DNA from: a virus
Lineage: Duplodnaviria; Caudoviricetes
Reading direction: 5' to 3' (one strand)
Virus record (IMG/VR): IMGVR_UViG_3300037797_000133
Span: 14,597-78,596 of that record
DNA length: 64,000 bases
Shown here in pieces: positions 42,413 to 52,221 of this stretch. Position 1 is the first letter of the stretch; every line of letters starts with the position of its first letter. The position numbers and the translations under genes were made by a program. The notes under the pieces were generated by a model. It ran no database searches and was not told where the DNA came from. It saw only the letters and a program-made list of their open reading frames with translations.

Positions 42413-43486
42413 GTGGCCGAGTACATCTACGACATCGTCGACCCGGTCGAGCTGACGGGGTACGTCCGCACGGCCACCGAGGACGCCTTCCCGTTCGCGG
42501 ACCTGCTGCCGATCCTGCCGACGACCGACATCGAATACGAGCTGACCCAGCTCGACCACCGTGGCGGCCCTGTCGCCCGGTACCGCGGCTGGGACGTCCC
42601 GGCGCAGCTCGGCCGCCGGCCCGGCGTGTCGACGATCACCGGTGAGATCCCGCCGCTGAGCCTGGCCTACGACCTCCGTGAGAAGGAGATCAACCAGGTC
42701 AACGCCCTGCGGACGGGTCTCGGTGACCGATACGACCAGCGGGTCGTCGACAAGATCCTCGACGACGCCGTCAACGCCGCTCTCGGCGTGATGAACCGGC
42801 TGTCGTGGGCGTGCGCCGAGCTGCTCACCACCGCACAGGTGACGCTCACCGACGCCACCCCCGGCGTGTCGGCCGGCAACGCCGTGAAGGCCAAGTTCGC
42901 GACGCCGCCCGCGCAGCTCGCCGTCGCCCCCCTCGGCGCCCTCTGGTCGAACCACTCGACCTCGGTGCCGCTCGACGACCTCCTCGCCTGGGAGACCGCT
43001 TTCGCCGACAACAACGGCGGGCTGCCCCCCGACGCGTGGATCATGTCGAAGAAGACGCGCAGCCACCTGGCCCAGAACACCCAGGTCCGGGCCCAGATGC
43101 TGTCGGCCCCCGCTGGCTACGTCGCCACCCCGAACGACCTGTCGGCGGTCATGGACCAGTACGGCATCTCCGGCCGGCTCGTCGTCTCCGACATCCGCCT
43201 GCCGCTGATGACCGACGACACGGCGTCGGGCCGGGCGATCCCGGAGAACTACGTGATCGCTGTCCGTTCAGCTGCCCTCGGCAACACGCTGATGGCTCCG
43301 AGCTCGAACGCGACGACGCTCGCCGCTGGCGCCCCGGCCCGGTCGGTGCTGGCCTCGCAGCCGGGCATCACCGCCTTCCAGGTCGCCGATGTGAACCCGG
43401 CGAAGATCACGACTGTCGCCGACGCCGTGGCGCTCCCGGTCCTCCGGGATCCGAACGCCCTGTTCGTCGCGATCCCGCACGCCTGA
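42413..43486 (+). CDS. major capsid protein (lambda gpE-like)
   Basis: 357 aa after the decoration gene; C-terminal ALPVLRDPNALFVA pattern. Confidence 0.85.
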   Translation: MAEYIYDIVDPVELTGYVRTATEDAFPFADLLPILPTTDIEYELTQLDHRGGPVARYRGWDVPAQLGRRPGVSTITGEIPPLSLAYDLREKEINQVNALRTGLGDRYDQRVVDKILDDAVNAALGVMNRLSWACAELLTTAQVTLTDATPGVSAGNAVKAKFATPPAQLAVAPLGALWSNHSTSVPLDDLLAWETAFADNNGGLPPDAWIMSKKTRSHLAQNTQVRAQMLSAPAGYVATPNDLSAVMDQYGISGRLVVSDIRLPLMTDDTASGRAIPENYVIAVRSAALGNTLMAPSSNATTLAAGAPARSVLASQPGITAFQVADVNPAKITTVADAVALPVLRDPNALFVAIPHA

Positions 43487-43737
43487 TGGGCCGGATCCTG
43501 GCGAGTTCGGTGCACCTGTTCGACGGCCGCTCCTTCGCGGCCGGTGACGAGGTGCCCGACGACGTGGCAGAGCAGATCACCAACCCCGCTGTGTGGGTCG
43601 ATGGCGACACGGACGAGGTGTCGCCCGGGGCGGCCCACGAGGACTCTGACGGGTCCGACGCGGCCGAGCAGCCGGCGGGTGACGGGTCCCGGTCCCGTCC
43701 CCGCCGAGCCTCGGCGAAGAAGCCAGACAGGGAGTAG
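43486..43737 (+). CDS. small head-associated protein
   Basis: GDEVPDDVAEQITNPAVW; TGATG coupling to MCP. Confidence 0.65.
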   Translation: MGRILASSVHLFDGRSFAAGDEVPDDVAEQITNPAVWVDGDTDEVSPGAAHEDSDGSDAAEQPAGDGSRSRPRRASAKKPDRE

Positions 43738-43740
43738 CCG

Positions 43741-44067
43741 GTGGCCGAGTTCACCCCGCAGATCGAAGGCGAGCTGCGGGCGTGGACCGGCAGCCTGCCG
43801 GATCGTGAGGAGCTGGAGGAACGCTGGCGTCTGGCGGGCGAGTCCGTCTACCGGGCGGCGCTGGCGATCCTCCGGGAACGCCGTGCTGACCTCCTCGCCT
43901 CGCCGGCACGCTGGGCGGTAGAAGGCGACTACTCGCAAGACAGCAGCGGCAACCTCGCTCAGCTGAACGCCCAGATCGCCCAGCTCGAGACCCTCGCAGA
44001 GGACCCGGCTGCCACGTCGAGCGCACTGACCGTCTCGTACATGGTGCGGGACCGTTGCGGCCGCTAG
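43741..44067 (+). CDS. head-to-tail adaptor (putative)
   Basis: Size and position. Confidence 0.55.
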   Translation: MAEFTPQIEGELRAWTGSLPDREELEERWRLAGESVYRAALAILRERRADLLASPARWAVEGDYSQDSSGNLAQLNAQIAQLETLAEDPAATSSALTVSYMVRDRCGR

Positions 44068-44074
44068 GAGACCT

Positions 44075-45640
44075 GTGGGCACGGTGAACCTGAAGCCGGG
44101 CCGTCTCGACATCGAGTCGGACCCCCGCAACGCGCACGCCTTCCACCTCGTGTGGCCCGTCGACCTGTCGGGTCGCACGTTCGCCGCGCGCCTCGACGAC
44201 GACGCCGCGGTGCCGTGGGTCGTAACGGTCGACGACGAGATGATGACCGTCGCCATCCCCGCCGGTCTCGGGACCGACACCCGGAACTGGCGGCTTACCG
44301 AAGGCGACCAGGTGGTCTTCGTGGGCCGGTGGACCCCGTCGACGTCGGGCACGGTGTCGCCGTCGGGGACGGTGGTCGTGTCGATGGCGGACGCGACGGT
44401 GACGGTCGTGGCCACGGGCCCACCCGGCCCGCCGGGCGCCGACGGTTCACCGGGCGCCGATGGCGAGGACGGCCTGCCGGGCGAGGACGGCCCGCCTGGT
44501 GTGGTCGCCGCCACGGCCCCGGCGACGTACAACGCCGGCACGCAGACGATCGGCGTCGCGGTCGGCACCACCGCGGGCACGGTCGCCGCAGGGGATGACC
44601 CCCGCTTCGCCGGTGGTGGCGGTGGGGGAGCGGTCGACTCGGTCAACGGTCAGACCGGCGTCGTCGTCCTCACCGCCGCGAGCGTCGGGGCAGCGACTGT
44701 CGCCCAGGCCGCGGGCCTCGTCGATGCCCTCGACGACGAGCTGGCCACCGTCGCCAAGTCGGGCGCCTACGGGGACCTCACCGGGACGCCGACGATCCCG
44801 GACTCCCCGGACGACATCGGCGCCGAGGTGGCCGGTGCCGCCGCCACGGTCGATGACCGGGTCGACGGGGTGGTCGCCGATCTCGTCACGCAGACCGGCC
44901 GCATCGATTCGGTGGTCAGCACCAACGACGTCCAGGCCGGGCAGCTCACCTCGCTCGCTGGCCTCGTGGTCGACCTCCAGGGCGCCGACACCGCCATCGA
45001 CGGGCGCCTCGATGTGGTTGAGGCGGACCTACCTGGCAAGGCGGACACGTCGTCGCTCGCCACCGTCGCCACCTCCGGCGCGTACGCGGACCTGTCCGGC
45101 CGACCCGACATCGCCGCCTACCTGGTGCCCCGCACCGGCTACAGCAGCGGCGAGTGGACGTCGTGCGCCGGCGTAGCAACGTCCTCGTCGCTCGTCTCGT
45201 ACGCGCCGAACGTGCTGCGGTTCGCCCCGTTCCGGCCCATCGTGGACATGACCGCGGACCGGATGCGGTTCTACGTGGCCGCCGCGGCCAACGTCCGGGC
45301 CGGGATCTACGCCAGCGACGGCACCAACGGCGCGCCCGGCACCCGACTCGTCGACGCCGGAGTCGCAGCGGTCGCCGTGGCGGGAGATCAGACGTTGACG
45401 ATCTCGCTGGCGATGACCGCCGGGACCCTCTACTGGCTCGTCGTTCAGAACGACGTGACGGTCAACATGCGGTCCCACCCGGAGGCGTCCATGCCGGTGC
45501 TCGAACCGAACGCCCCGTCCGTGGCGACCAACACGGTGACGTGGACCGCCAACCAGTTCTACGTCAACGGCCTGCCGTCCCCGGCGCCGACGCTCATCAA
45601 GTCCACGCTCGTCCCTGCCGTCCAGTTGAGGGTCGCCTGA
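44075..45640 (+). CDS. fibre-like structural protein with collagen repeat
   Basis: N-terminal BppU-like beta domain, GPPGPPGADG collagen, VDSVNGQTGVV, 2x LATVA.SG.Y.DL, coiled coil, C-terminal beta domain. Confidence 0.75.
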   Translation: MGTVNLKPGRLDIESDPRNAHAFHLVWPVDLSGRTFAARLDDDAAVPWVVTVDDEMMTVAIPAGLGTDTRNWRLTEGDQVVFVGRWTPSTSGTVSPSGTVVVSMADATVTVVATGPPGPPGADGSPGADGEDGLPGEDGPPGVVAATAPATYNAGTQTIGVAVGTTAGTVAAGDDPRFAGGGGGGAVDSVNGQTGVVVLTAASVGAATVAQAAGLVDALDDELATVAKSGAYGDLTGTPTIPDSPDDIGAEVAGAAATVDDRVDGVVADLVTQTGRIDSVVSTNDVQAGQLTSLAGLVVDLQGADTAIDGRLDVVEADLPGKADTSSLATVATSGAYADLSGRPDIAAYLVPRTGYSSGEWTSCAGVATSSSLVSYAPNVLRFAPFRPIVDMTADRMRFYVAAAANVRAGIYASDGTNGAPGTRLVDAGVAAVAVAGDQTLTISLAMTAGTLYWLVVQNDVTVNMRSHPEASMPVLEPNAPSVATNTVTWTANQFYVNGLPSPAPTLIKSTLVPAVQLRVA

Positions 45641-45912
45641 TGCCGCCCATCCTCCGAACCGACCGCAACCAGGAGTTCGGCCCCGACGGGAAGCTGGTCT
45701 CCTCCGAGACCGTCGAGGTCGACGTCACCGCCGAGGTGAACGCGGCGACCTTGCACGGCGCGGCGACCGCTGCCCTGGCCAACAACCGCACGTTCCTCGC
45801 CATCCAGGGCGCCCCGACGAACGCCCAGGTCGTCGCCCAGGTGCGGGCGTTGACCCGCCAGAACCAGGCGCTGATACGGCTCGTGCTCGGCCTGCTCGAC
45901 GAGACCGACTGA
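45640..45912 (+). CDS. fibre-associated small protein
   Basis: TGATG coupling after the fibre gene. Confidence 0.6.
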   Translation: MPPILRTDRNQEFGPDGKLVSSETVEVDVTAEVNAATLHGAATAALANNRTFLAIQGAPTNAQVVAQVRALTRQNQALIRLVLGLLDETD

Positions 45913-45919
45913 GGCCGCC

Positions 45920-46228
45920 GTGACAGCGCAGCGCATCCTCATCGACTCGCGGCCAGGGTGCGTCGACCACCTGTTCCGCCCCGGCTCGAGCTTCACCGTC
46001 ACGTTCCGCTTCACCGCAGGCGAGACCACCGGCCACACCTACACGTCGGTCCTCGGCGGGCAGATCCTCGACGTCGACCTCGACGACGACACCGTCACCG
46101 TGTCCGCGACAGCGGAGCAGACCGCCGATGTCGGCGGGCCGACGGCGTGGCGGCTGCTCGAAGACGACGAGGAGCTGCTGATCGGCACCTGGTCGCCGTC
46201 GAACTCGCCGCGGGGTTCGGCCCGGTGA
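45920..46228 (+). CDS. BppU-like domain protein, paralogous to the N-terminus of 44075
   Basis: PG..D...WRL.E.D.....G.W.PS..G shared pattern. Confidence 0.6.
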   Translation: MTAQRILIDSRPGCVDHLFRPGSSFTVTFRFTAGETTGHTYTSVLGGQILDVDLDDDTVTVSATAEQTADVGGPTAWRLLEDDEELLIGTWSPSNSPRGSAR

Positions 46229-46380
46229 CGGCGTGCCGTGAGGTGATCGTCTCGACCCGGTCCCCGGTCGTCACGGTGACCACCCGGGCGCCGGTCGTCG
46301 AGGTGAAGACGAGCGGCGGCAGGGGCCCGAAGGGCGACCCGGGAGACTCGGCCGAGTTCATCGACGGTGGCGGCCCGTGA
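46225..46380 (+). CDS. short linker/collagen peptide
   Basis: VVTVTT...GPKGDPGD...IDGGGP; GTGA overlaps. Confidence 0.55.
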   Translation: MTACREVIVSTRSPVVTVTTRAPVVEVKTSGGRGPKGDPGDSAEFIDGGGP

Positions 46381-48134
46381 CCCGGATGCGGCAACGGCGC
46401 GGCACCGCCGCCCAGTGGACGACAGCGAACCCGGTACTCGCCGACGGCGAACTCGGCGTCGAGTCCGACACCGGCAACGTGAAGGTCGGCGACGGCGCCA
46501 CCGCCTGGACCGGACTGCGCTACTCGGCGTCACCAGATGCTGTGGAGGCGGTCGACGGTCTCGGTGTCCGCGTCGACGACGTCGAAGGCAGCCTGGCCGG
46601 CACAGCGACGGTGGCGGCGCTCACTGCGGAGTCGTCGGCACGTGAGGCGGCGGATACGGCGCTGGACGGCCGTGTGGATGCCTTGGAGGCGTTCGAGCCT
46701 GCGATAGCGACGCTCACTGACCCGATCGTCGTCCAGTTCGGTGGGTCACCCGGCGCTCTCGCCATCACGTCCGCCTACCACGGCCCGTTCTGGCCGACGG
46801 CCACGGACCTGCCCAACTTCTCGTGGGAGTTCTGGTCCTGCGCCATCGACGTGAGCATCACCGGCTACCTCATCTCGGAGGGCTACGGCGGCGCCCACGC
46901 GGTGCTGGCCAGCGTGCTCACCGGCATCGGCGGCTCCACCTGGAACGGCACGACGGAGACGTACTTCCAGGGGCGCTACAGCCCCCAGCTCGGCGAGTGG
47001 GTGCACAGCCGGTTCGGTTGGGATGGCAAGTTCCTGCACGTCTGGATCAACGGCATCCACGTCGGCATGACCCCGTTCACGGGTCCGCGCCGCGCCCAAC
47101 AGGGCACCGTCTACATCGGCGGCAGCGACCACTCCAACCTCACTGGCAGGATCGCCATGGTCCGCGCCTACGAGGGCAGCTGCCCCGCCTACGCCGCCGG
47201 CAGCATCTACGCCGCCTGGGTCCCGTCCCGGGCGTTCATGGCCGTCAAACCGACGGACGTGCAGGGCTCACCCGACGCCCAGTTCTGCGCCCACTACCTC
47301 GGCATGCCCACCGCCCGCACGATCCCCGACCTGAGCGAGGGCTACGCGGGTGTGCGCCACCACGGCCAGCTGGTCAACACCAGCGGCAACCCCAACCGGG
47401 CACCCGGCCCGTTCTGGGTCACGGACCCGACGGCCCCGTTCAACCTGGCCGCCGAGCCCGCCCGTACGCGGGTGTTCGCCGCTCCGACCAGCGTCCCCGC
47501 CGGCGCCAAGATCTGGGACTCGGTGGGCCGCGAGGACTCCATCCCCGCGTTCGCCTCCAGCTTCGTCGGCGGCGTCCCGCAGACCACCCCCGGTAGCACC
47601 GAGGGCGGCAGCCTCGGCGTCAAGGCCTGGCAGTTCCACAGCGCCGCCAACCGCTGGGGCGTCTTCGACGGGGCGCTCCTCGGCTTCCACACCACCGGCA
47701 AAGCCGGCCTGTACGTCCTCAACGACTCGCCCGACATGGACGTCCGGGTCGACCGCAAGAACGCCGCCGGGTACGACACGCAGCCCCCCGCGACGATCAA
47801 CCGGGTCGACCAGGGCCTGATCCTGCGGCGGGTCGACGGTTCCAACTACCTGTTCACCTGGCAGTTCCGCGATCCCGCTGGCAACAACTACGTGCGGCTG
47901 TACCGGTGCGTGGCGGGGGTCGACACGCTCATCGCGACGATCACCCTGCCTAACTACACGTGGACCACTCAGCGGTGGGTGCTCGCCGGCACGACCGTCA
48001 CCTGCTACATCGACGGGGTCCAGCGGGGACAGGCCACGGGGGTCACCGACCACCAGGAGGGCCTGGGCGTGGGCCTCTTCCACATGCAGGGCGCCCCGAC
48101 CTCGGTCAAGGCCAAGAACTTCGTCGTCTACTGA
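46377..48134 (+). CDS. fibre/receptor-binding protein with Mtd-N-like head and LamG (concanavalin A-like) domains
   Basis: MRQRRGTAAQWTTANPVLADGELGVESDTGNVKVGDG; EWVHSRFGWDGKFLHVWING...VYIGG. Confidence 0.8.
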   Translation: MTRMRQRRGTAAQWTTANPVLADGELGVESDTGNVKVGDGATAWTGLRYSASPDAVEAVDGLGVRVDDVEGSLAGTATVAALTAESSAREAADTALDGRVDALEAFEPAIATLTDPIVVQFGGSPGALAITSAYHGPFWPTATDLPNFSWEFWSCAIDVSITGYLISEGYGGAHAVLASVLTGIGGSTWNGTTETYFQGRYSPQLGEWVHSRFGWDGKFLHVWINGIHVGMTPFTGPRRAQQGTVYIGGSDHSNLTGRIAMVRAYEGSCPAYAAGSIYAAWVPSRAFMAVKPTDVQGSPDAQFCAHYLGMPTARTIPDLSEGYAGVRHHGQLVNTSGNPNRAPGPFWVTDPTAPFNLAAEPARTRVFAAPTSVPAGAKIWDSVGREDSIPAFASSFVGGVPQTTPGSTEGGSLGVKAWQFHSAANRWGVFDGALLGFHTTGKAGLYVLNDSPDMDVRVDRKNAAGYDTQPPATINRVDQGLILRRVDGSNYLFTWQFRDPAGNNYVRLYRCVAGVDTLIATITLPNYTWTTQRWVLAGTTVTCYIDGVQRGQATGVTDHQEGLGVGLFHMQGAPTSVKAKNFVVY

Positions 48135-48136
48135 CC

Positions 48137-49093
48137 ATGACCCAACCGGCCGAGGTCGAACGCACAGCCCAACAGCTGATTGCCCTCTACGAGCGGGCAC
48201 AGGACGACATCCGGGCCGAGCTCGAAGCGATCGCCGCCACGCCGTCGAAGGCGGGGCAGCGCAGACGGCTGCGGGCAGCGGCGGCCGAGGTGCAACGGCA
48301 GCTCGACGCGCTCGAGGCTACGACGGCGACGTGGCTGACGACGCAGCTCCCGTACGTCTACGAGCTGGGGGCGACGGCGACGAGCGTGCAGATGGGCGAA
48401 GCGTTCGTGTGGACCAGCTCGCACGCCAACGCTGTGCAGCAGCTGGCGACCCGCACGTGGGACGAGCTGCTGTCGGCGACCACCTACACCCGCGAGGAGA
48501 CGAAGCGTTGGCTTCGGGACCAGGTGCGCCGCCAGGCAGGCCTGTCGCTCGTCGAGGGGCGCACCTCCCAGCAGGCGGCCCGTGCCCTCGTAGGGGCCGC
48601 TGGAGAGGCCGTAGAGGCGATCGGGGCGCCGGTGGGCTACGTCCGCTACAAGGACGGCAGCTACCGGACCCTCGCCGACTACGCCGACACGGCGCTCCGC
48701 ACCGAGGTAGCGGTCGCCCACAACGCCGGCAGCCTCAACCAGATGGCCGCCCTGAACGTCACCCATGCCGAGTGCGTCGACGGCATGGGGTGCGGGCTGA
48801 CCAGCCACGACGACGGCAACCCAGCCAACGGCAAGGTGTTCCCGATCGCCACGGCCATGTCCTACCCGACCGCGCATCCCCGCTGCCGCCGTAGCTGGAT
48901 CGCCCGTCCGGAAGTGCGGTCGGCCGCCGAGGCGAGGGCCGCCGAGCCGCTGCGCTCACCCGAGCAGATGGCCGACCAGGCTGCCGCCGAGGTGGAGCGG
49001 GCGCGGACGCTCACGCAGCGCCGGACGAACCGCCAGGCGCGGGCCGCCCGTGCGCCGAGGGCCCCTCGGAGTCCGCGGCGCGCAGCATCCTGA
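48137..49093 (+). CDS. minor capsid protein (gpF/SPP1 gp7-like)
   Basis: YADTALRTE.A.A.N.G, C-terminal C...HP.CRR. Confidence 0.75.
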   Translation: MTQPAEVERTAQQLIALYERAQDDIRAELEAIAATPSKAGQRRRLRAAAAEVQRQLDALEATTATWLTTQLPYVYELGATATSVQMGEAFVWTSSHANAVQQLATRTWDELLSATTYTREETKRWLRDQVRRQAGLSLVEGRTSQQAARALVGAAGEAVEAIGAPVGYVRYKDGSYRTLADYADTALRTEVAVAHNAGSLNQMAALNVTHAECVDGMGCGLTSHDDGNPANGKVFPIATAMSYPTAHPRCRRSWIARPEVRSAAEARAAEPLRSPEQMADQAAAEVERARTLTQRRTNRQARAARAPRAPRSPRRAAS

Positions 49094-49247
49094 CCCCGCC
49101 GACGATCCCGCAGAACGAGGCGACGAACAGGGCGAGGACCTCCCAACCCTCGGACGCCTCCGGGTCGGAGAAGAACTGCCACAGGAAGAACGGCGTCACG
49201 GCGACGCCGAACGCGATGGTGATGAAGGCTCGTGTGCGCTGGCTCAC
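49011..49247 (-). CDS. antisense two-TM membrane protein (start uncertain)
   Basis: AFITIAFGVAVTPFFLWQFF and WEVLALFVASFCGIVGGV. Confidence 0.45.
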   Translation of the reverse strand: MSQRTRAFITIAFGVAVTPFFLWQFFSDPEASEGWEVLALFVASFCGIVGGVRMLRAADSEGPSAHGRPAPGGSSGAA

Positions 49248-49335
49248 GCCGCGCACGGTACGACGCCGACCACTCACAGTCACTGGCATCGGCTGCATCC
49301 GGCACGCGACCGCAACAGCGGCGCAGCGTCGAGCG

Positions 49336-49695
49336 ATGGCCAGCACCAAGTTCTCCCTCGTCGCCACCCCCGTCGGGTTGGGCCGATGCGTCCTCGACCT
49401 GGGCGGCGACCCGGTCGACGTCCTCGACCAGGTTGAGCAAGGGTCGGTCCACTTCGGGGACGGCCGGCCGACGGTGCTCACGTTGCACGAGACGGCGGCC
49501 GGGCACATCGAAGGCGAGGGGATCGTCCGGGTGGTCGAGACGGTCGACGACCCGGCCAAGCTCATCGTCGACTTCCTCGAGAAGGTCGACCCGAACGAGC
49601 TGCACCGGGTGGCGATGGAAGGCCTCGACGCCTCCACCACGGTCTCGGGGGCGTATCTGGCGACGTTGCGCCGCTGGGCGACGGGGGAGCCGTGA
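49336..49695 (+). CDS. hypothetical protein
   Basis: ATG at leaderless position of the 49293 CTGCATCC promoter. Confidence 0.65.
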   Translation: MASTKFSLVATPVGLGRCVLDLGGDPVDVLDQVEQGSVHFGDGRPTVLTLHETAAGHIEGEGIVRVVETVDDPAKLIVDFLEKVDPNELHRVAMEGLDASTTVSGAYLATLRRWATGEP

Positions 49696-50114
49696 TCGCC
49701 GACTTCGCCGCTGGGCGCCGGGCCGCCGAGTCAGCGTTCATCGACACGTGCCGCATCACCCGCGACCCGCAAGCCGTCGGCGACGACTACAGGGACTACG
49801 GCACCGGCGAGATGGTCGAAGGCGCCGATGACGCCAGCGCCGTCTACGAGGGGCCGTGCATGTTCCGCCCTGCCGCCGACCGGCGTGGCGAGGAGGACCG
49901 GTCGGGGGCGTCGATGTACGAGCAGCACTACCGGGTGCGCCTGCCGATGTCGTCGCCCGAGATCAAGATCGGCGACGTCCTGTCGCTCACCGTCTGCACC
50001 ATGGACCCGCACATGGTCGGCGCCCCCGTCGTGGTCACCCGGGTCGACGGCGGGACCGCCTCCATCACGCGCATCCTCACGTGCACCGCCGAGCGTCGAG
50101 GGCCGGCGCAGTGA
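49692..50114 (+). CDS. head-tail joining protein (DUF6093-like)
   Basis: DTCRITR...VYEGPC...VRLP...GDV. Confidence 0.75.
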   Translation: MIADFAAGRRAAESAFIDTCRITRDPQAVGDDYRDYGTGEMVEGADDASAVYEGPCMFRPAADRRGEEDRSGASMYEQHYRVRLPMSSPEIKIGDVLSLTVCTMDPHMVGAPVVVTRVDGGTASITRILTCTAERRGPAQ

Positions 50115-50524
50115 GCGACGGCCTCGACATCGACGTGAAGGGCGTCCAGCAGATCGCCGCGAACCTCCAACGGGGCGGGGCACGCATGGGCTTCGCCGGC
50201 GCCGCCCTCGTCCAGACGTACGGGGCGATGCTCCAAGCGAAGGTCCGGGCGAACGCCTCCGGCCGTCCGGGTCCCCGCATCCAGACCGGCGACTACAACC
50301 GCAGCATCAGCCTCGAAACGAGTCTGGGCGGCGGCGCCTACGAGGCAAAGGTTTATACCAATAGGCCACAGGCTGCTCGCTTGGAGTATGGATTTTCCGG
50401 TAGTGACTCCTTGGGGCGAACATATAGCAATCCGCCTTTGCCCCACTTCGAACCGGCCGGCAAAGAGATAGAACCGGCATTCGTCAAGGCAGTCGAAGCG
50501 CTCGCAGCGAAGGCGTTCGACTAG
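50111..50524 (+). CDS. HK97 gp10-like tail completion protein
   Basis: TGDYNRSI...ARLEYG...PHFEPA. Confidence 0.75.
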   Translation: MSDGLDIDVKGVQQIAANLQRGGARMGFAGAALVQTYGAMLQAKVRANASGRPGPRIQTGDYNRSISLETSLGGGAYEAKVYTNRPQAARLEYGFSGSDSLGRTYSNPPLPHFEPAGKEIEPAFVKAVEALAAKAFD

Positions 50525-51012
50525 TGCCCGACGCACGCACCGCGCTCGCCAGCGTCACCGACGCCCTCATCGCCCTCCTGCTCGAGGAGACGGACCGGCC
50601 GTGGGGCGACGGCCTCGCCCCCGGTGAGATGGGTACCAGGCCCGACTACCCGTACGGGATCGTCTACTCGTTCCCGTCGGGGCGCACCGACCAGGACGCC
50701 GGGCGGCCGGAGGGGTCGGCGTTCGAGATCTACCAGGTGACCGCCGTCGGCACGACCCGATGGTCGGCGCAGAACCTGGCGGGCCGGGCCCACCGGGCGA
50801 TCGTCGACCGGACCGGGTCCGGCTACACCCACGAGATCGACGGCTACACGGTCCGCACCTCCGCAGGGATGACCACCGCCACCCGGTCGCTGAGCGGCGA
50901 CGACGGGCTGATCGTCTGGCACCGCCAGTTCGAATCCTCCGGCGGCCACCAGCGGGAGGGCGCGATCCACAACTGGGTCGACCGCTACCTGTTCAAGGTC
51001 TCGCCGGTCTGA
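50524..51012 (+). CDS. tail terminator protein (putative)
   Basis: PYGIVY...YQVTAVG; position before the tail tube gene. Confidence 0.65.
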   Translation: MPDARTALASVTDALIALLLEETDRPWGDGLAPGEMGTRPDYPYGIVYSFPSGRTDQDAGRPEGSAFEIYQVTAVGTTRWSAQNLAGRAHRAIVDRTGSGYTHEIDGYTVRTSAGMTTATRSLSGDDGLIVWHRQFESSGGHQREGAIHNWVDRYLFKVSPV

Positions 51013-51088
51013 CTGCATCCCCCGGCCTACCTGGGGTTGCCCGGACCATCGGGGCCGTGCACGAGCAGTCGACTCTCGGGGAGCGCTG

Positions 51089-51418
51089 ATGGCGATCCTG
51101 TCCACCCAGCAGGTGAGCCTCACCGGTCTGGCGCCCACCTACGCGGCTGCCGCCGGCGGAGGCGACAAGTTCCAGCCGGGGACCACCGTGTTCCTCCACG
51201 TGAAGAACGGATCCGGGGCGCCGATCACGGTGACCGTCGATTCGAAGACGCCGTCGAGCTACGGCGACGACGTCAACATCGAGGTCGCCGTCCCGGCAAC
51301 GACCGGTGAGCGGATGATCGGCCCGTTCAACCCGTCCCGGTTCTCCGGTTCCGACGGGCTCGCCGACATCAGCTACTCGGGTGTCACGAGCCTGACGATC
51401 GCGGTGGTGCGGCTGTGA
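51089..51418 (+). CDS. virion structural protein
   Basis: FLHVKNGSGAPITVTV...IGPF pattern of actinophage structural genes. Confidence 0.6.
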   Translation: MAILSTQQVSLTGLAPTYAAAAGGGDKFQPGTTVFLHVKNGSGAPITVTVDSKTPSSYGDDVNIEVAVPATTGERMIGPFNPSRFSGSDGLADISYSGVTSLTIAVVRL

Positions 51419-51729
51419 ACGACGACCGCGTGTGGATGAGCCACCCGGACATCGACGGCGAGCCCGTGTCGATGACCCGCGAGCAGTACGACCTGCACTA
51501 CGAGGCCCGGGGCTGGCAGCTGGTGGAGGCGCCGCTCGACTACGGCACCACGCCGATCACGCCGCCGCCCCCGCCGGAGGGCATCGACGAGATGACGAAG
51601 GCCGAGCTGGTCGACGCAGCGAAGCAGCGAGGCGTCCCGCTCGAGTCCGGCGCCAAGAAGGACGAGATCGCCGACGCCCTCAAGGCGGCGGCCACCACCA
51701 CCCCGCCCGATCAGGGCAAGGAGGCCTGA
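51415..51729 (+). CDS. small protein with HeH/Rho-N-like domain
   Basis: MTKAELVDAAKQRGV....KKDEI. Confidence 0.6.
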   Translation: MNDDRVWMSHPDIDGEPVSMTREQYDLHYEARGWQLVEAPLDYGTTPITPPPPPEGIDEMTKAELVDAAKQRGVPLESGAKKDEIADALKAAATTTPPDQGKEA

Positions 51730-51732
51730 CCC

Positions 51733-52221
51733 ATGGGTCGCATGCACCTGTTCGGCGTCGAGAAGGTGGTGTTCTGTCCTTCGATCGCGTCGACGTCGTC
51801 GCCGTCCCGGCCGGAGATCACCGCCGGTGTCGTCCTCGTCAACCCGGGCGTCTACCAGCATGAGGGCCTCCAGGAGATGGACGGCTTCGAGGCCGCGTCC
51901 ACCTTCATCGAGGTCCCGGATGCGAGCACCGACTTCGACGGCAAGATCCCGGGCCGCAAGCAGGCCGGCGAGCCGATGCTCCGGTTCTACGAGTCGGACT
52001 CCGGCAGCCCGGTCCGCACCGCTCTCGCCGAAGGCACGAGCGGCTACGTGATCCGCATGCCGTACGGCGACGTGGCCACGAAGCGCTGCGAGGTCTACCC
52101 GGTGACGATCGCCTCGACGAACACGTCCCAGCTCACCTCCGGCAACGACGCCGCCACGTTCGCCGCCGCGATGGCGATCACGGCGAAGCCCGAGAAGAAC
52201 GCCGTCATCCCGGCGCCGTAG
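51733..52221 (+). CDS. major tail (tube) protein
   Basis: P.RPEITAG...GYVIRMPYG...EVYPV; precedes chaperones and tape measure. Confidence 0.85.
   Translation: MGRMHLFGVEKVVFCPSIASTSSPSRPEITAGVVLVNPGVYQHEGLQEMDGFEAASTFIEVPDASTDFDGKIPGRKQAGEPMLRFYESDSGSPVRTALAEGTSGYVIRMPYGDVATKRCEVYPVTIASTNTSQLTSGNDAATFAAAMAITAKPEKNAVIPAP

Noticed and set aside
44075-48134. Diversity-generating retroelement suggested by the Mtd-N-like domain
   Set aside because: No reverse transcriptase and no template/variable repeat pair seen in the window.
50928-50951. GTTCGAATCC...CCACCA resembling a tRNA T-loop and 3' end
   Set aside because: Flanks do not form a T-stem or acceptor stem, and it lies in-frame within the tail terminator gene.
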